64,000 bases of DNA from Candidatus Altiarchaeales archaeon (GCA_014727915.1 WJMO01000004.1:38309-102308), one strand, 5' to 3'. Shown: positions 41,257 to 50,722, counted from the stretch's first letter. The notes: a model not told the origin generated them from the letters alone. Translations and numbers: made by a program.

Positions 41257-41541
41257 ATGGTTAAGGAGGTTAGGTGTGCGCATATCCTGGTTAGGGGTCA
41301 GGATGTGGCGCAGGCTGTTTTGGACGAGTTGAAGTTCGGCGGTAAGAGCTTTGAGAAGCTGGCTGAGGAGAAGAGCCTCTGCCCGTCAGGCCGGAGGGGC
41401 GGGGACCTTGGCTGGTTCGCCAGGGGTAACATGGTGCGGGAGTTCGAGAAGGCTGCGTTCTCCTTGAAGAAGGGGGAGATGTCGGGGCTTGTTCGGACCG
41501 AGTTCGGCTGGCACATAATCAAGTGCCTCGACACGAGGTAG
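41257..41541 (+). CDS. ppiC: Parvulin-type peptidyl-prolyl isomerase (single domain)
   Basis: AHILV, SLCPSGRRGGDLGWF, MVREFE, TEFGWHII. Confidence 0.9.
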   Translation: MVKEVRCAHILVRGQDVAQAVLDELKFGGKSFEKLAEEKSLCPSGRRGGDLGWFARGNMVREFEKAAFSLKKGEMSGLVRTEFGWHIIKCLDTR

Positions 41542-41600
41542 TTCGCCCGATTTCACACGGCTATCATGTTATTTATAGAAATCCTTCGAATTCTTTTACT

Positions 41601-42077
41601 GTGGGTTTGTTCTTCGATATCGGCCAGGAGGACAGCAATACCGTGATATTGCAGAAGCTGGAGTGGGGCTACTGGTGGCTGCACCGGAAGAGCGCATTGG
41701 TGGATAACCCCCGCATGACAGTGGATTACGTCATCGACTTCATAATACGGCTGTGCGAGGCCTTGTTCATTGTCTTCCTGCTGTCTCTTCCTGTCTTCAT
41801 GTCCTGGATCGATAGTGTGGGCAGGTTCCTGACGCTGGTGCTATTCGCGTCATTCTCGATCACCCTGCTCCTAAGCCATTGGCAGATATACATTCTATTG
41901 AAGGATGCCAGGGAAAGGGGCTTGAGGATGAGCTTCCATTATTTCACCCCCCCGCTGGCTCTAGCGCCTCTAACAAGCAACGAGAACGAGTCAGTAACGG
42001 TAAAGGAGGCGGGTACTGAGGGTTATGGGATACCTCCCTTCTGGTTCAGCGCCTACAAGATAGTGATAGGCGGGTAG
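41601..42077 (+). CDS. Hypothetical membrane protein
   Basis: ORF with two hydrophobic segments; start uncertain. Confidence 0.45.
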   Translation: MGLFFDIGQEDSNTVILQKLEWGYWWLHRKSALVDNPRMTVDYVIDFIIRLCEALFIVFLLSLPVFMSWIDSVGRFLTLVLFASFSITLLLSHWQIYILLKDARERGLRMSFHYFTPPLALAPLTSNENESVTVKEAGTEGYGIPPFWFSAYKIVIGG

Positions 42078-42085
42078 GTTACACC

Positions 42086-43804
42086 CTAACCTGCGCCTGT
42101 GTAGTAGTATTCTCGCCTTCCCCTCTGCTCCCGGTCCTTCACGCTCTCCGGCTTGTTGGCCCTTGGTCGTCCGGTGTCTGGGTCCCGGCGGAATGTCACG
42201 TCCATCTGCTCCAGGAACATGTTCATCCCATCCTTCATCGACAGGGGCTTGCTCGTCTTGCCGCTGCTCCCGGATTCGCCCTCGAACACCAGGAGCTCGT
42301 CTGAAAGGTAGTCTATGAGCAGTATGTCGTGCTCCACAACCAGGACCGCGGCTCCCCTTCCGTATGCGAACCCGTGCAGGTACTTGGCCAATGCCAGCCT
42401 TTCTTCGACGTCAAGGTAGGCTGAGGGCTCGTCCAGCATGTACATGTCAGCGTCCTTGGAGAGGCAGTCTGCTACCGCTACTCTCTGCAGCTCCCCTCCG
42501 CTCAGCTCGTTCAATCTCTTGTCCATCATGTGAGCCAGCCTGAATCTCTGAACGAGATCGCCCCTGATCTTAAGCGACGCAACCAGTTCCTCGCCTGCCA
42601 CGATGTACTGGGGCTTGTATGATATCCTGGCATTCAACTCGACGTCCGTGTTGTCAGGTTTCTCGGCTCCTGCGAGCATCTTTACGAACGTGGTCTTGCC
42701 GGTCGCGTTAGGCCCGAGTATGCCAAGTATAGACGGTTTCCTCACCTCCCCGCCTTCAACGTCCAACTCGAAACTTTCATAACTCTTCTTCAAGTCCGGG
42801 TATTCAAGGAGTTTCATTGTCTTGTCCTTTGAGGTCGGGGGCCTGACGTCGAATTTCACCTCGTCCCTGAACCGCATGTTCTCGCTCCTTAGGAATCCGC
42901 CGAGGTACTCGTTTATGCCGACTCGCACGCCCATTATGTTGCTTATGATGCCGTAGCCTCCGCTCTCCCCGAACAAAACGTGGATGTTGTCGCTCAGGTA
43001 GTCCAACACCACCAGGTCGTGCTCCACCACCAGCACTATCCTGTCCTCCAATTCTCTCAGGGTCTTGGCGGCGTTCATCCTCTCCCTGACGTCCAGGTAG
43101 CTTGACGGCTCGTCGATGAGGTAGATGTCCGCGTCCTTCGAAAGGCACGCTGCCAGGGCTACCCTCTGCAGCTCTCCCCCGCTTATTGACTTAACATCCT
43201 TGTCCAGGGCGTTCTCTATGTTCAGCTTGGCCGCCAGACCGTCCCGGACATCCCGTTCGTCGGCCTTCTCAAGTATGTCCTTGACCTTCCCCTTCACCAC
43301 CCTCGGTATTGCCTCGACGTACTGTGGCTTATACGCCGACCTGATATTCCCTTCGCTCAGCCGCTTCAGGTAGTCGTGTATCTCATGGCCTCTGAACCTT
43401 TCGAAGACATCCTCCCAGCTTGCCTCCCCCCCGAGGTTGGGTTGTATCTCCCCCGAGAGTATCTTCAACGCCGTTGACTTCCCTATCCCGTTGCTCCCGA
43501 CCATCCCCACAACGCCGCTCCTTGGCATAGGCAGGTTGAACAGGCGGAAGCCGTTCACTCCGTACTGGTGCACGGGATCGTCCAATGCCTCCGGGAGGTT
43601 TATTATCTTTATCGCATCATATGGGCATCTCTTAACGCATATGCCACAGCCAGTGCAAAGTGCCTCGCTTATCAACGGCTTCTTCGTCTCAGGGTCCTCG
43701 ACTATGCACTCTCCCCCTGTCTTGTTCACGGGGCACACCCTGATGCATAGGAAGTTGCAGTCCTTTGGCTTGCACCTGTCCTTGTCATGCACTGCGATCC
43801 TCAT
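42086..43804 (-). CDS. rli: Ribosome recycling ATPase ABCE1/RLI
   Basis: N-terminal 2x[4Fe-4S] cysteines, two ABC domains (SGGELQR), TFRRD...RPRANK. Confidence 0.96.
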   Translation of the reverse strand: MRIAVHDKDRCKPKDCNFLCIRVCPVNKTGGECIVEDPETKKPLISEALCTGCGICVKRCPYDAIKIINLPEALDDPVHQYGVNGFRLFNLPMPRSGVVGMVGSNGIGKSTALKILSGEIQPNLGGEASWEDVFERFRGHEIHDYLKRLSEGNIRSAYKPQYVEAIPRVVKGKVKDILEKADERDVRDGLAAKLNIENALDKDVKSISGGELQRVALAACLSKDADIYLIDEPSSYLDVRERMNAAKTLRELEDRIVLVVEHDLVVLDYLSDNIHVLFGESGGYGIISNIMGVRVGINEYLGGFLRSENMRFRDEVKFDVRPPTSKDKTMKLLEYPDLKKSYESFELDVEGGEVRKPSILGILGPNATGKTTFVKMLAGAEKPDNTDVELNARISYKPQYIVAGEELVASLKIRGDLVQRFRLAHMMDKRLNELSGGELQRVAVADCLSKDADMYMLDEPSAYLDVEERLALAKYLHGFAYGRGAAVLVVEHDILLIDYLSDELLVFEGESGSSGKTSKPLSMKDGMNMFLEQMDVTFRRDPDTGRPRANKPESVKDREQRGRREYYYTGAG

Positions 43805-44445
43805 CCTATCACCTTCCTAACTTCACTGAGGCTTCCGACCACCGGATAATCCTGCGAGCCATGCGCTCCTCTCCTATCCACCAACACACCTTTCAAACCG
43901 GCGTCAGCCGATCCCCTGACGTCTGCTGTTGGGCTGTCCCCAACCATATAGCATTCACTGGCGTCCACCCCCACCGCCTTCACCCCCATCTCATATATCC
44001 TGGGGTCCGGCTTAACCGCGCCTACGTCACAGGACATCACTACAACGTCGAAGTAGTCTTTCAAGTACTTCTTTCGGGCGTGGTCTGCGGCGTCCCAGTC
44101 CAGGTTGGATATGATGCCCAGCTTATGGTCGCTTTTTAGGTCTGAAAGAACGTCCTCGGTCTCCGGGAAATATCCGGTATCCTCCAGCCTGCTCTTCCAT
44201 ATCTCCGAGGCCTCCTTGACCCTATCCTGGCTTGGCTTTAAACCGTGTCTCTCGCACAACTCCCTGAAGAATGAGACCTTGTCATATGACCCGTCCCTGA
44301 AGAGCGTGTCCTCCATCTCCCCTATGGCAGTGTGGTAGTCGACCTTCCCGGCCAGTCCGAGAATCTTCAACGCCTCCTCCACCTTGGATCTGGTGGGGCA
44401 GTAGATAAGCGTGTTCCAAAGATCAAAGAAAACTGCCTCGGCCAT
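43801..44445 (-). CDS. HAD family hydrolase
   Basis: FDLWNTL, KPDPRIY, VGDS..DV. Confidence 0.85.
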   Translation of the reverse strand: MAEAVFFDLWNTLIYCPTRSKVEEALKILGLAGKVDYHTAIGEMEDTLFRDGSYDKVSFFRELCERHGLKPSQDRVKEASEIWKSRLEDTGYFPETEDVLSDLKSDHKLGIISNLDWDAADHARKKYLKDYFDVVVMSCDVGAVKPDPRIYEMGVKAVGVDASECYMVGDSPTADVRGSADAGLKGVLVDRRGAHGSQDYPVVGSLSEVRKVIG

Positions 44446-44448
44446 TTT

Positions 44449-45552
44449 TCAGAGCATGTCCCTTATCAGCGACGCCAGCTTTTCCTCGTTCACTGGCCTG
44501 GGGTTGGCCCTAGCCGACCCTGTCATGCCCACATCCACCATGGAGGCTATGTCGTCCTCTCCAACTCCTAAACCGCCGAGGCGGTCCTTTAAACCAAGTC
44601 TCATGTTGATTTCCTCAACTCTACTTATGAGGTCTTCCACTTTATTAAACCCGCAGTAAACAGCCAGCTTCCCGTATCTGCCGTTGTCGTATCCCAGGTT
44701 GTATCTGATGATGTGGGGCAGCAGTGTCCCGCAAGCTGTCCCATGGGCCAGTCCGGTCACACGCCAGAGCGAGTATGAGAGCCCGTGGGCAACTCCAGCG
44801 CCCGCGTGGGTTATCCCGATACCCGCCAGCAGGCTGGCATACATCATATTCGTACGCGCTTCCATGTCATCCCCGTCTTCAACGGCATCCTCAATGTTCT
44901 CCAACACGATCTTGGCCGATTCCATGCAGACTATTTCGCATATGGGCTGGCTCCTCTTGGATACCAGTGCTTCAACCGCGTGGGTCAGTGCGTCCAACCC
45001 CGTGGATGCAGTAACCTCCGAGGGCATGGTCCTCGTCAGCTCAGGGTCGTCCAACGCGACCTTCGGGTACATGTGCACGCTGCGAAAGCTGTTCTTTACC
45101 TTCGCTTCATGGTCTGACAGCACGCTCACCTCGGTCACTTCGCTGCCAGTCCCCGACGTCGTTGGCACCGCTATGATGTCAGGGCCCGCCTTCGACACCA
45201 CTTTGCCCCTGAGGTAGTCCCTTGCCGTTCCGCCGTTACCTGCGACCACCGACATGGCCTTCGCGGCGTCCATGGGGCTCCCACCACCCAATGCGACTAT
45301 CACCTCAGCGCCTTCAGCAGACTTAACTCCCTCGTCCACGGTCTCCACTGAAGGGTCCGATTCCACTTCCTCGAACACGGCGACCTCATCGTCCGCTAGG
45401 ATTTCGAGTACACGGTCCAACAAGCCTATCCTTCGCATAGACGACTTCCCAGCGACAACCAAGGTCTTCCTGCCGCCGACCACATCCTCCAAACCTTCCA
45501 CGGCTCCAGCTCCGAAATGCACTTTGGTCGGGAGATGATATGTGAACCTCAT
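44449..45552 (-). CDS. Iron-containing alcohol dehydrogenase
   Basis: GGGSPMDAAK, PTTSGTGSE, DALTHAVE, HG...HG. Confidence 0.92.
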   Translation of the reverse strand: MRFTYHLPTKVHFGAGAVEGLEDVVGGRKTLVVAGKSSMRRIGLLDRVLEILADDEVAVFEEVESDPSVETVDEGVKSAEGAEVIVALGGGSPMDAAKAMSVVAGNGGTARDYLRGKVVSKAGPDIIAVPTTSGTGSEVTEVSVLSDHEAKVKNSFRSVHMYPKVALDDPELTRTMPSEVTASTGLDALTHAVEALVSKRSQPICEIVCMESAKIVLENIEDAVEDGDDMEARTNMMYASLLAGIGITHAGAGVAHGLSYSLWRVTGLAHGTACGTLLPHIIRYNLGYDNGRYGKLAVYCGFNKVEDLISRVEEINMRLGLKDRLGGLGVGEDDIASMVDVGMTGSARANPRPVNEEKLASLIRDML

Positions 45553-46196
45553 AGCCTTTCTAACACCTCCCCGTCCACTTCCTCAAGAGAGTCCACCACG
45601 AGGTCTGCGAGGCCCAGGTCCTGTCCGTGGGTGTTGGGGCTTCTGACAGCCAACACCTTCATGCCCGCTGCCTTTCCTGCGCGTATACCGGCTTCCGCAT
45701 CCTCTATTACAACGCATTCCCCAGGTTCCACGCCCAGCTGCTCGGCAGCCAAAAGGAACGGTTCGGGGTCGGGTTTTCCCTTCTCGCAGCAGTCCCCGGA
45801 TAGTATGAGCTCGAACTCCAAGAGCAGCCCCACCTCCTCGAGGCTGGCGTTCACCCTGTCCAAGGGGCTGGAGGACACCACCGCAACCTTCACTCTATCG
45901 TCCTTCAGCTTTCCTATCAGGTCCAACACCCCCGGGAGAGGGTCTAGCCTACCCCTTATCAAATCGGCGAACACCCTGTTCTTCTTCTCTACCAGCTCGC
46001 CCGGGTCGAGGTCCAGATTCCGTGCTTTGATGGCGTCCCGGTAGTTGTCGATTGTCCGACGCCCGAAGACCCTCTTACGCTCCTCCTCCGTCTGGTGTAT
46101 GCCCACCTCCGACAATACGGTGTCGGACGCTTCTCTGCTTATTGTCTCGCTGTCAACTATCACACCATCCAGGTCGAAAAGAACAGCCTTGATCAT
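45549..46196 (-). CDS. HAD family phosphatase (beta-PGM-like)
   Basis: FDLDGVIVDSE, GKPDPEPF, EDAEAG. Confidence 0.9.
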   Translation of the reverse strand: MIKAVLFDLDGVIVDSETISREASDTVLSEVGIHQTEEERKRVFGRRTIDNYRDAIKARNLDLDPGELVEKKNRVFADLIRGRLDPLPGVLDLIGKLKDDRVKVAVVSSSPLDRVNASLEEVGLLLEFELILSGDCCEKGKPDPEPFLLAAEQLGVEPGECVVIEDAEAGIRAGKAAGMKVLAVRSPNTHGQDLGLADLVVDSLEEVDGEVLERL

Positions 46197-47272
46197 ACTA
46201 TCATCTCAAAAGAGTTTGACACCCAATATATGAACGAGACAGCGCCCAATCCCATGGCAGACACCATCGTGAAAGAACCGATTGCTAATGTGGATGCGAG
46301 AACGGCCAGGACAGAACTCTTACGGTCCAGCCCGTGCACTGCCTCGTATCCTACGGTCTGCAGTGCGAGATTCCAAACCAGGCCTCCAAACCCAACAGCC
46401 AATGCTATGATGAACCCCAGAAGGTTGCCCAACCCTACGCCTGTCTCGAAGGACAGGACGCCCATGGAGTAGTCGAGGTAGAGGAGTATGGAGAACCCGA
46501 CGGCCAAGGGCGTCAGGCTGAACCCGTAGACGCTGGCGGTCATCTTGAACTTCCCCCCTGCCTTGAACAACCTCAGCACCGCATGTGTCAGGCCGGCAGC
46601 AAATAGGCAGAAGACGATACCCGCGAAAAGGAGGGATAGGAAAATGTAAACTGCGCTGAAGCTCATGCCTGCCACAGACAAGATGCTGGCTCCCACGCCG
46701 AAGGATATCACAAGGCTGAAGATCAGATAGCACGCTATGGTCTGCTTGAAGGGCTCGGCCTCCGGGAACCTGGAGAAGATGAGCCTGGGAGCAACCATGG
46801 TCTTCAAGAGGAGGCTGAAGAAGCCGCCTAAAGCCGAGAACAACCTGTCTGAAATATCCTGCTTTCCCCTGACGGCTCCGTCGCCGTAGACGAGCATCTG
46901 ATTTCCCTTGTCGTCGACCACCACATAGACGGGGACCTCACCTCCCGGCTGTGGCTGCCCCTCAGTCTGCTGCGGTGTCCCCCGCATCCGCTGTTGGGGC
47001 GTCTGTCCCTGTGGCTGCTGGTGCATCCTGCCGCCCATCTGATGTGGTTGCTCTCCTGGCATGTCGTCTGGCGGCTGCTGTCCGCCGCCGTATAGGATAC
47101 GGTATGCTTCGTCGATTATCTCCTCGACTAGTCCGTAGTTGGACTTCTCATATTCTATTCTGGCATGCTCCCACAACTGCAGGACGGGAGTCAACTCCAT
47201 CCTGGAGAACCGTTCGCTGTGTATCTCCTTGTTCAACCTTAGAAGCCTATCTCTCACAGCATCCTGGTCCAT
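46193..47272 (-). CDS. Yip1-domain membrane protein with Q/P-rich N-terminal region
   Basis: P..IF before 5 TM helices, GG.F..T..VYGFS.TP, HGL. Confidence 0.65.
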   Translation of the reverse strand: MDQDAVRDRLLRLNKEIHSERFSRMELTPVLQLWEHARIEYEKSNYGLVEEIIDEAYRILYGGGQQPPDDMPGEQPHQMGGRMHQQPQGQTPQQRMRGTPQQTEGQPQPGGEVPVYVVVDDKGNQMLVYGDGAVRGKQDISDRLFSALGGFFSLLLKTMVAPRLIFSRFPEAEPFKQTIACYLIFSLVISFGVGASILSVAGMSFSAVYIFLSLLFAGIVFCLFAAGLTHAVLRLFKAGGKFKMTASVYGFSLTPLAVGFSILLYLDYSMGVLSFETGVGLGNLLGFIIALAVGFGGLVWNLALQTVGYEAVHGLDRKSSVLAVLASTLAIGSFTMVSAMGLGAVSFIYWVSNSFEMIV

Positions 47273-47289
47273 GACAAGATATTAAAAGG

Positions 47290-47916
47290 CTAAAAATAAA
47301 CCTCCAAAACACGCCTTATCTCTCTGCCCTCTCCTTCGGGTCCGTGTCCAGGGCATATTCGCTCAACACCTCTTTTTTCATCGAATTCGGCGAGCCTCCC
47401 TATGGAATCTCTCAATTCATCCCAGCTTCCGCCCTTGAAGTCGGTCCTCCCAACCCCGCCCACGAATATCGTGTCGCCGGTGAACAATACCCTCTCTCCC
47501 GGCTCGTACAGGCAGATGCTGCCGGGCGTGTGTCCTGGGGTGTGCAAAACCTCCAAGGCAACACCTCCCAAGTCTATGGTGTTCCCGTCTTCCAGGTGTT
47601 GGTCGACCCTGTGCCTTACCGGCTCTTCACCGAACAAACCCGCCAGCTGGAGGCTTCCATCCCCCTTTTCAATTGCTTGAGCGTCGATATTATGGCAGTA
47701 GCATGTGATTTCGCCGGTTTCGAGTATTCCGGGGTTGGCTGCCACGTGGTCGTAGTGGCAGTGGGTATTTATTAACCCATGTATGCCTATATTATCTTCA
47801 CGTCCGCGGTCCAGCACCTTGGACGGGTCCATGCCTGGGTCGATGACGCAGGTGCGGTCTCCAACGACCAGGTAACTGTTGGAGCTCATGGAACCGCTGA
47901 GTATGCTGTGGATCAC
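47290..47916 (-). CDS. MBL-fold metallo-hydrolase (glyoxalase II-like)
   Basis: THCHYDH, HTPGHTPG, TGDT, PGHG. Confidence 0.9.
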   Translation of the reverse strand: MIHSILSGSMSSNSYLVVGDRTCVIDPGMDPSKVLDRGREDNIGIHGLINTHCHYDHVAANPGILETGEITCYCHNIDAQAIEKGDGSLQLAGLFGEEPVRHRVDQHLEDGNTIDLGGVALEVLHTPGHTPGSICLYEPGERVLFTGDTIFVGGVGRTDFKGGSWDELRDSIGRLAEFDEKRGVERICPGHGPEGEGREIRRVLEVYF

Positions 47917-48038
47917 GGATAAATATATAGACAGAGTCTATATATGATAGTCACCGTCCCCTTATGCGGATATAGTCGGGCGACATGCCCTTGACGAGAA
48001 TGGTTGGGAAAAAAACACGACGGAACCTTCCCGTCGTA

Positions 48039-48104
48039 TTCCGTGAAGCCGAGGCGGACGCGACTAATGTCGCTGGCCGCGACTTCACTTCCGTGAAGCC
48101 GAGG
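48039..48104 (+). repeat. 16-bp direct repeat spanning the tRNA-Ser 5' end
   Basis: TTCCGTGAAGCCGAGG at 48039-48054 and 48089-48104. Confidence 0.9.
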
Positions 48105-48202
48105 TGGCGGAGCCCGGTTCAACGCGCGGGCCTTGAAATCATATATGGACAAGGAAGCCCGTGTCCCCCTGGGACACTTGAGTTCGAATCTCAACCTCGG
48201 CG
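48098..48202 (+). tRNA. tRNA-Ser(UGA) with 18-nt intron at 37/38 (48138-48155)
   Basis: Acceptor GCCGAGG/CCTCGGC+G73, anticodon stem CGGGC/GCCCG, TGA at 48134-36, long variable arm, TTCGAAT; BHB helix CTTG/CAAG; conserved position before rps13. Confidence 0.95.
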
Positions 48203-48288
48203 AATTCATTTCACGCCAGGAGGCCGGGGTATAACTCCCCGGTTGAGATAAGCGAGTCAAAGACGAGCGGAATCTCAACCTCGGCGAA
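48186..48288 (+). repeat. 19-bp direct repeat of the tRNA-Ser 3' end
   Basis: GAATCTCAACCTCGGCGAA at 48186-48204 and 48270-48288. Confidence 0.9.
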
Positions 48289-48309
48289 AACTATAAAATC
48301 TCCAGAAAA

Positions 48310-48855
48310 ATGGCGGAAAAGAAAACCAAGGAGAAGAAGGCGTCGGAGAAGGAGCAGCCTAAGAAGAAGGCGTCGGAGAAGGAGCAGCCTAAGAAGAAGG
48401 CGGAAGGGTCCGGCGAGGAGCTTGTGGAGTTGGTCCGGCTCTCAGGAGTCGTAGTGGACGGCCGACTGACCTTGGAGAAGGCGCTTATGAAGATCAAGGG
48501 GCTTGGCCCAAGGGTGGCTGAGTCCATAATACCCGGCCTGGGGCATCCGAGAGACATGAAGGTCGGACTATTGGATGATAAGCAGATAGAGGAGATCGAG
48601 GAGAAGCTGGAGAACATCGACAAGACCCTTCCTACGTGGATGCTGAACCGGAGGAAGGACTTGGAGACCGGCGAGGACAGGCATCACATAGGCCCGGACC
48701 TGGACATGGTCAGGCGGAATGACGTGAACCTCGAGAAGAAGATGAAATCATACCGTGGCGTCAGGCACGCCCTCAACCTGCCAGTCAGGGGTCAGAGGAC
48801 CAGGTCCTCTTTCAGGAAGGGCTCTAGCATCGGTGTTAAGAGGAAGAAAGGTTAG
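48310..48855 (+). CDS. rps13: 30S ribosomal protein S13
   Basis: IKGLG, WMLNRRKD, YRGVRH..NLPVRGQRT. Confidence 0.96.
   Translation: MAEKKTKEKKASEKEQPKKKASEKEQPKKKAEGSGEELVELVRLSGVVVDGRLTLEKALMKIKGLGPRVAESIIPGLGHPRDMKVGLLDDKQIEEIEEKLENIDKTLPTWMLNRRKDLETGEDRHHIGPDLDMVRRNDVNLEKKMKSYRGVRHALNLPVRGQRTRSSFRKGSSIGVKRKKG
48332..48402 (+). repeat. 30-bp tandem repeat in rps13 5' extension (KKKASEKEQP)
   Basis: AGAAGAAGGCGTCGGAGAAGGAGCAGCCTA x2 plus partial third copy. Confidence 0.9.
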
Positions 48856-48861
48856 GTTAAC

Positions 48862-49374
48862 ATGGGCACTCCAAGAAAGCAGAGGAGGTCTTTCACAAGA
48901 CCGAAGCATCCGTGGCGGACTGAACGGATACAGGAGGAGAGGGAGCTCTGCAAGAAATACGGGCTCACCAACAAGCGGGAAGCCTGGAGGGCTAAGAGCG
49001 ACCTTGGCAGGGTAAGGCAGCAGGCCCGCCGTTTGCTAGCGGACACCACCGAGGAGGCTGAGAAGGAGAAGAGGGAGATGATAGCCAAGCTAAACCGCTG
49101 GGGGATTGACATAAAATCCGTCGACGACGTCCTCGGACTGTCTGTGGAGGACCTGTTGGAGAGGCGGCTTCAGTCGATCGTCTACAGGAGGGGCTATGCT
49201 AACACGCCCAAGCAGGCCCGCCAGTTCATAGTACACAACCACGTCTACGTGGGCTCACACAAGGTCAGCGTGCCAGGATACATCGTCTTAGCCGGCGAGG
49301 AGGAGAAGGTGCGATTGGCTGACAACATAAAGGTGGAGAAAAGTGTCAGAGGAGCAGAAGAAGAGCCAGTCTGA
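48862..49374 (+). CDS. rps4: 30S ribosomal protein S4
   Basis: [27 protein letters not shown]. Confidence 0.96.
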   Translation: MGTPRKQRRSFTRPKHPWRTERIQEERELCKKYGLTNKREAWRAKSDLGRVRQQARRLLADTTEEAEKEKREMIAKLNRWGIDIKSVDDVLGLSVEDLLERRLQSIVYRRGYANTPKQARQFIVHNHVYVGSHKVSVPGYIVLAGEEEKVRLADNIKVEKSVRGAEEEPV

Positions 49375-49957
49375 AGAGGCTGAAGCCGCGGAGGAGCCGG
49401 TGGAACAGCAGACAGAGGAGTCTCCGGTAGAAAACAAGCCTGAGAAGCCCAAGAAGAGGGAGTCCAAGAAGAAGACGGCCGAAGCAGGGGAAGACGGCAA
49501 AGGCAAGGATTCGGGCTCGGAGGAGGATTCAAAGGAGAAGCATCCCCGGCAGGATTCTAAAAAGAAGAAGGCAGGCCTCTGGGGCGTTCTTCACATGTAC
49601 TCGTCCAAGAACAACACAATACTCCACGTTACCGACATGACCGGTGCTGAGACCGTGGCGATACAGTCCGGCGGGATGATAGTCCGGAGCGACCGGGAGG
49701 AGGGCTCCCCATATGCTGCCATGCAGGCTGCCATCCGGGTGGCTGACGCCATCAAGGAGAGAGGCTTCATGGGAGTGCACATAAAGGTGAGGGCTCCAGG
49801 AGGCCATAACGGCCCACGCTACCCTGGCAAGGGTGCTCAGGCCGCCATAAGGGCCATATCAAGGTCTGGTGTCAAGATAGGCAGGATAGAGGATGTGACT
49901 CCAATACCCCATGACGGGTGCAGGTCGTCAGGCGGTAAGCGGGGTAGGAGGGTTTAA
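49343..49957 (+). CDS. rps11: 30S ribosomal protein S11 with long charged N-terminal extension
   Basis: [33 protein letters not shown]. Confidence 0.95.
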   Translation: MSEEQKKSQSEEAEAAEEPVEQQTEESPVENKPEKPKKRESKKKTAEAGEDGKGKDSGSEEDSKEKHPRQDSKKKKAGLWGVLHMYSSKNNTILHVTDMTGAETVAIQSGGMIVRSDREEGSPYAAMQAAIRVADAIKERGFMGVHIKVRAPGGHNGPRYPGKGAQAAIRAISRSGVKIGRIEDVTPIPHDGCRSSGGKRGRRV

Positions 49958-49960
49958 ACG

Positions 49961-50566
49961 ATGAAGGTTACAAACTTCACTAAGAAGGGGGATGTCGTGG
50001 AGTTCGACATATCAGGAGTTGATGTCGCAGTGCTGAACGCGTTCAGGAGGACTATAGTCTCCGGCCTGCCCATAATGGCCATGGAGAAGATAACCTTCTA
50101 CAACAACTCTTCAATATTGAACGATGAGATACTCGGACACAGGATCGGCTTGGTCCCTTTGACGACAGACCTGAAGACCTATATCCCCAGGGTGGATTGC
50201 ACATGCAAAGGGGAAGGTTGTGCCAAGTGCACGGCCACGCTGACGTTGGACGTGAGCGGCCCGGGAACCTTATACTCCGGGGATTTCAAATCCACAGACG
50301 AGAACATCAAGCCAGCATATGAGAAGATCCCCCTGGTTAAGCTCCTGTCCGAGCAGAAGGTTAAGGCCGAGGCGGAGGCTGTGATGGGATACGGGAGCGA
50401 GCACGTGAAATGGCAGCCGGGAGTCGCAGGCTATGAGATCAAGGATAATGGATCATTCCATGTTGTGGTGGAGTCCTACGGGCCTCTACCTGTGGATGAG
50501 CTCATTAAAAACGCATTCGAGGTGGTTGGCGGGAAGATAGGGCAACTCAAGGAAAAAATCAAATAA
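49961..50566 (+). CDS. rpoD: RNA polymerase subunit D (Rpo3), short form
   Basis: NAFRR, DEILGHRIGLVPL, HVKWQP. Confidence 0.93.
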   Translation: MKVTNFTKKGDVVEFDISGVDVAVLNAFRRTIVSGLPIMAMEKITFYNNSSILNDEILGHRIGLVPLTTDLKTYIPRVDCTCKGEGCAKCTATLTLDVSGPGTLYSGDFKSTDENIKPAYEKIPLVKLLSEQKVKAEAEAVMGYGSEHVKWQPGVAGYEIKDNGSFHVVVESYGPLPVDELIKNAFEVVGGKIGQLKEKIK

Positions 50567-50581
50567 TCACTTTCCCAAAAT

Positions 50582-50722
50582 GCGGGGGTGCCCGAGTCGG
50601 TCAAACATATTCGTCTCACCCCCCTAGTTCACTATCAAACCTTTGAGGCGATATGGGCTAAAGGGGCACGGTTGAGGGCCGTGTGGCATAGGCCTACGCG
50701 AGTTCGAACCTCGTCCCCCGCA
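50582..50722 (+). tRNA. tRNA-Leu(GAG) with 57-nt intron at non-canonical position 21/22 (50605-50661)
   Basis: GCGGGGG/CCCCCGC+A73, stem CACGG/CCGTG with GAG at 50674-76, TTCGAAC; BHB GGTC-AAA / GGCT-AAA closed by CATA/TATG; conserved rpoD-tRNALeu-rpl18e position. Confidence 0.92.

Noticed and set aside
48061-48071. 11-nt match CGACTAATGTC to the minus strand of 56391-56401
   Set aside because: Short enough to arise by chance, and opposite orientation relative to the predicted transcripts
48039-48288. CRISPR mini-array interpretation of the tRNA-Ser repeats
   Set aside because: Only two copies of each repeat, the repeats differ from each other and are tRNA sequence, and no cas genes are in the window
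48203-48290. HDV-like (theta) or hammerhead ribozyme downstream of the tRNA
   Set aside because: Could not fit the nested double pseudoknot or a CUGANGA/GAAA core by eye
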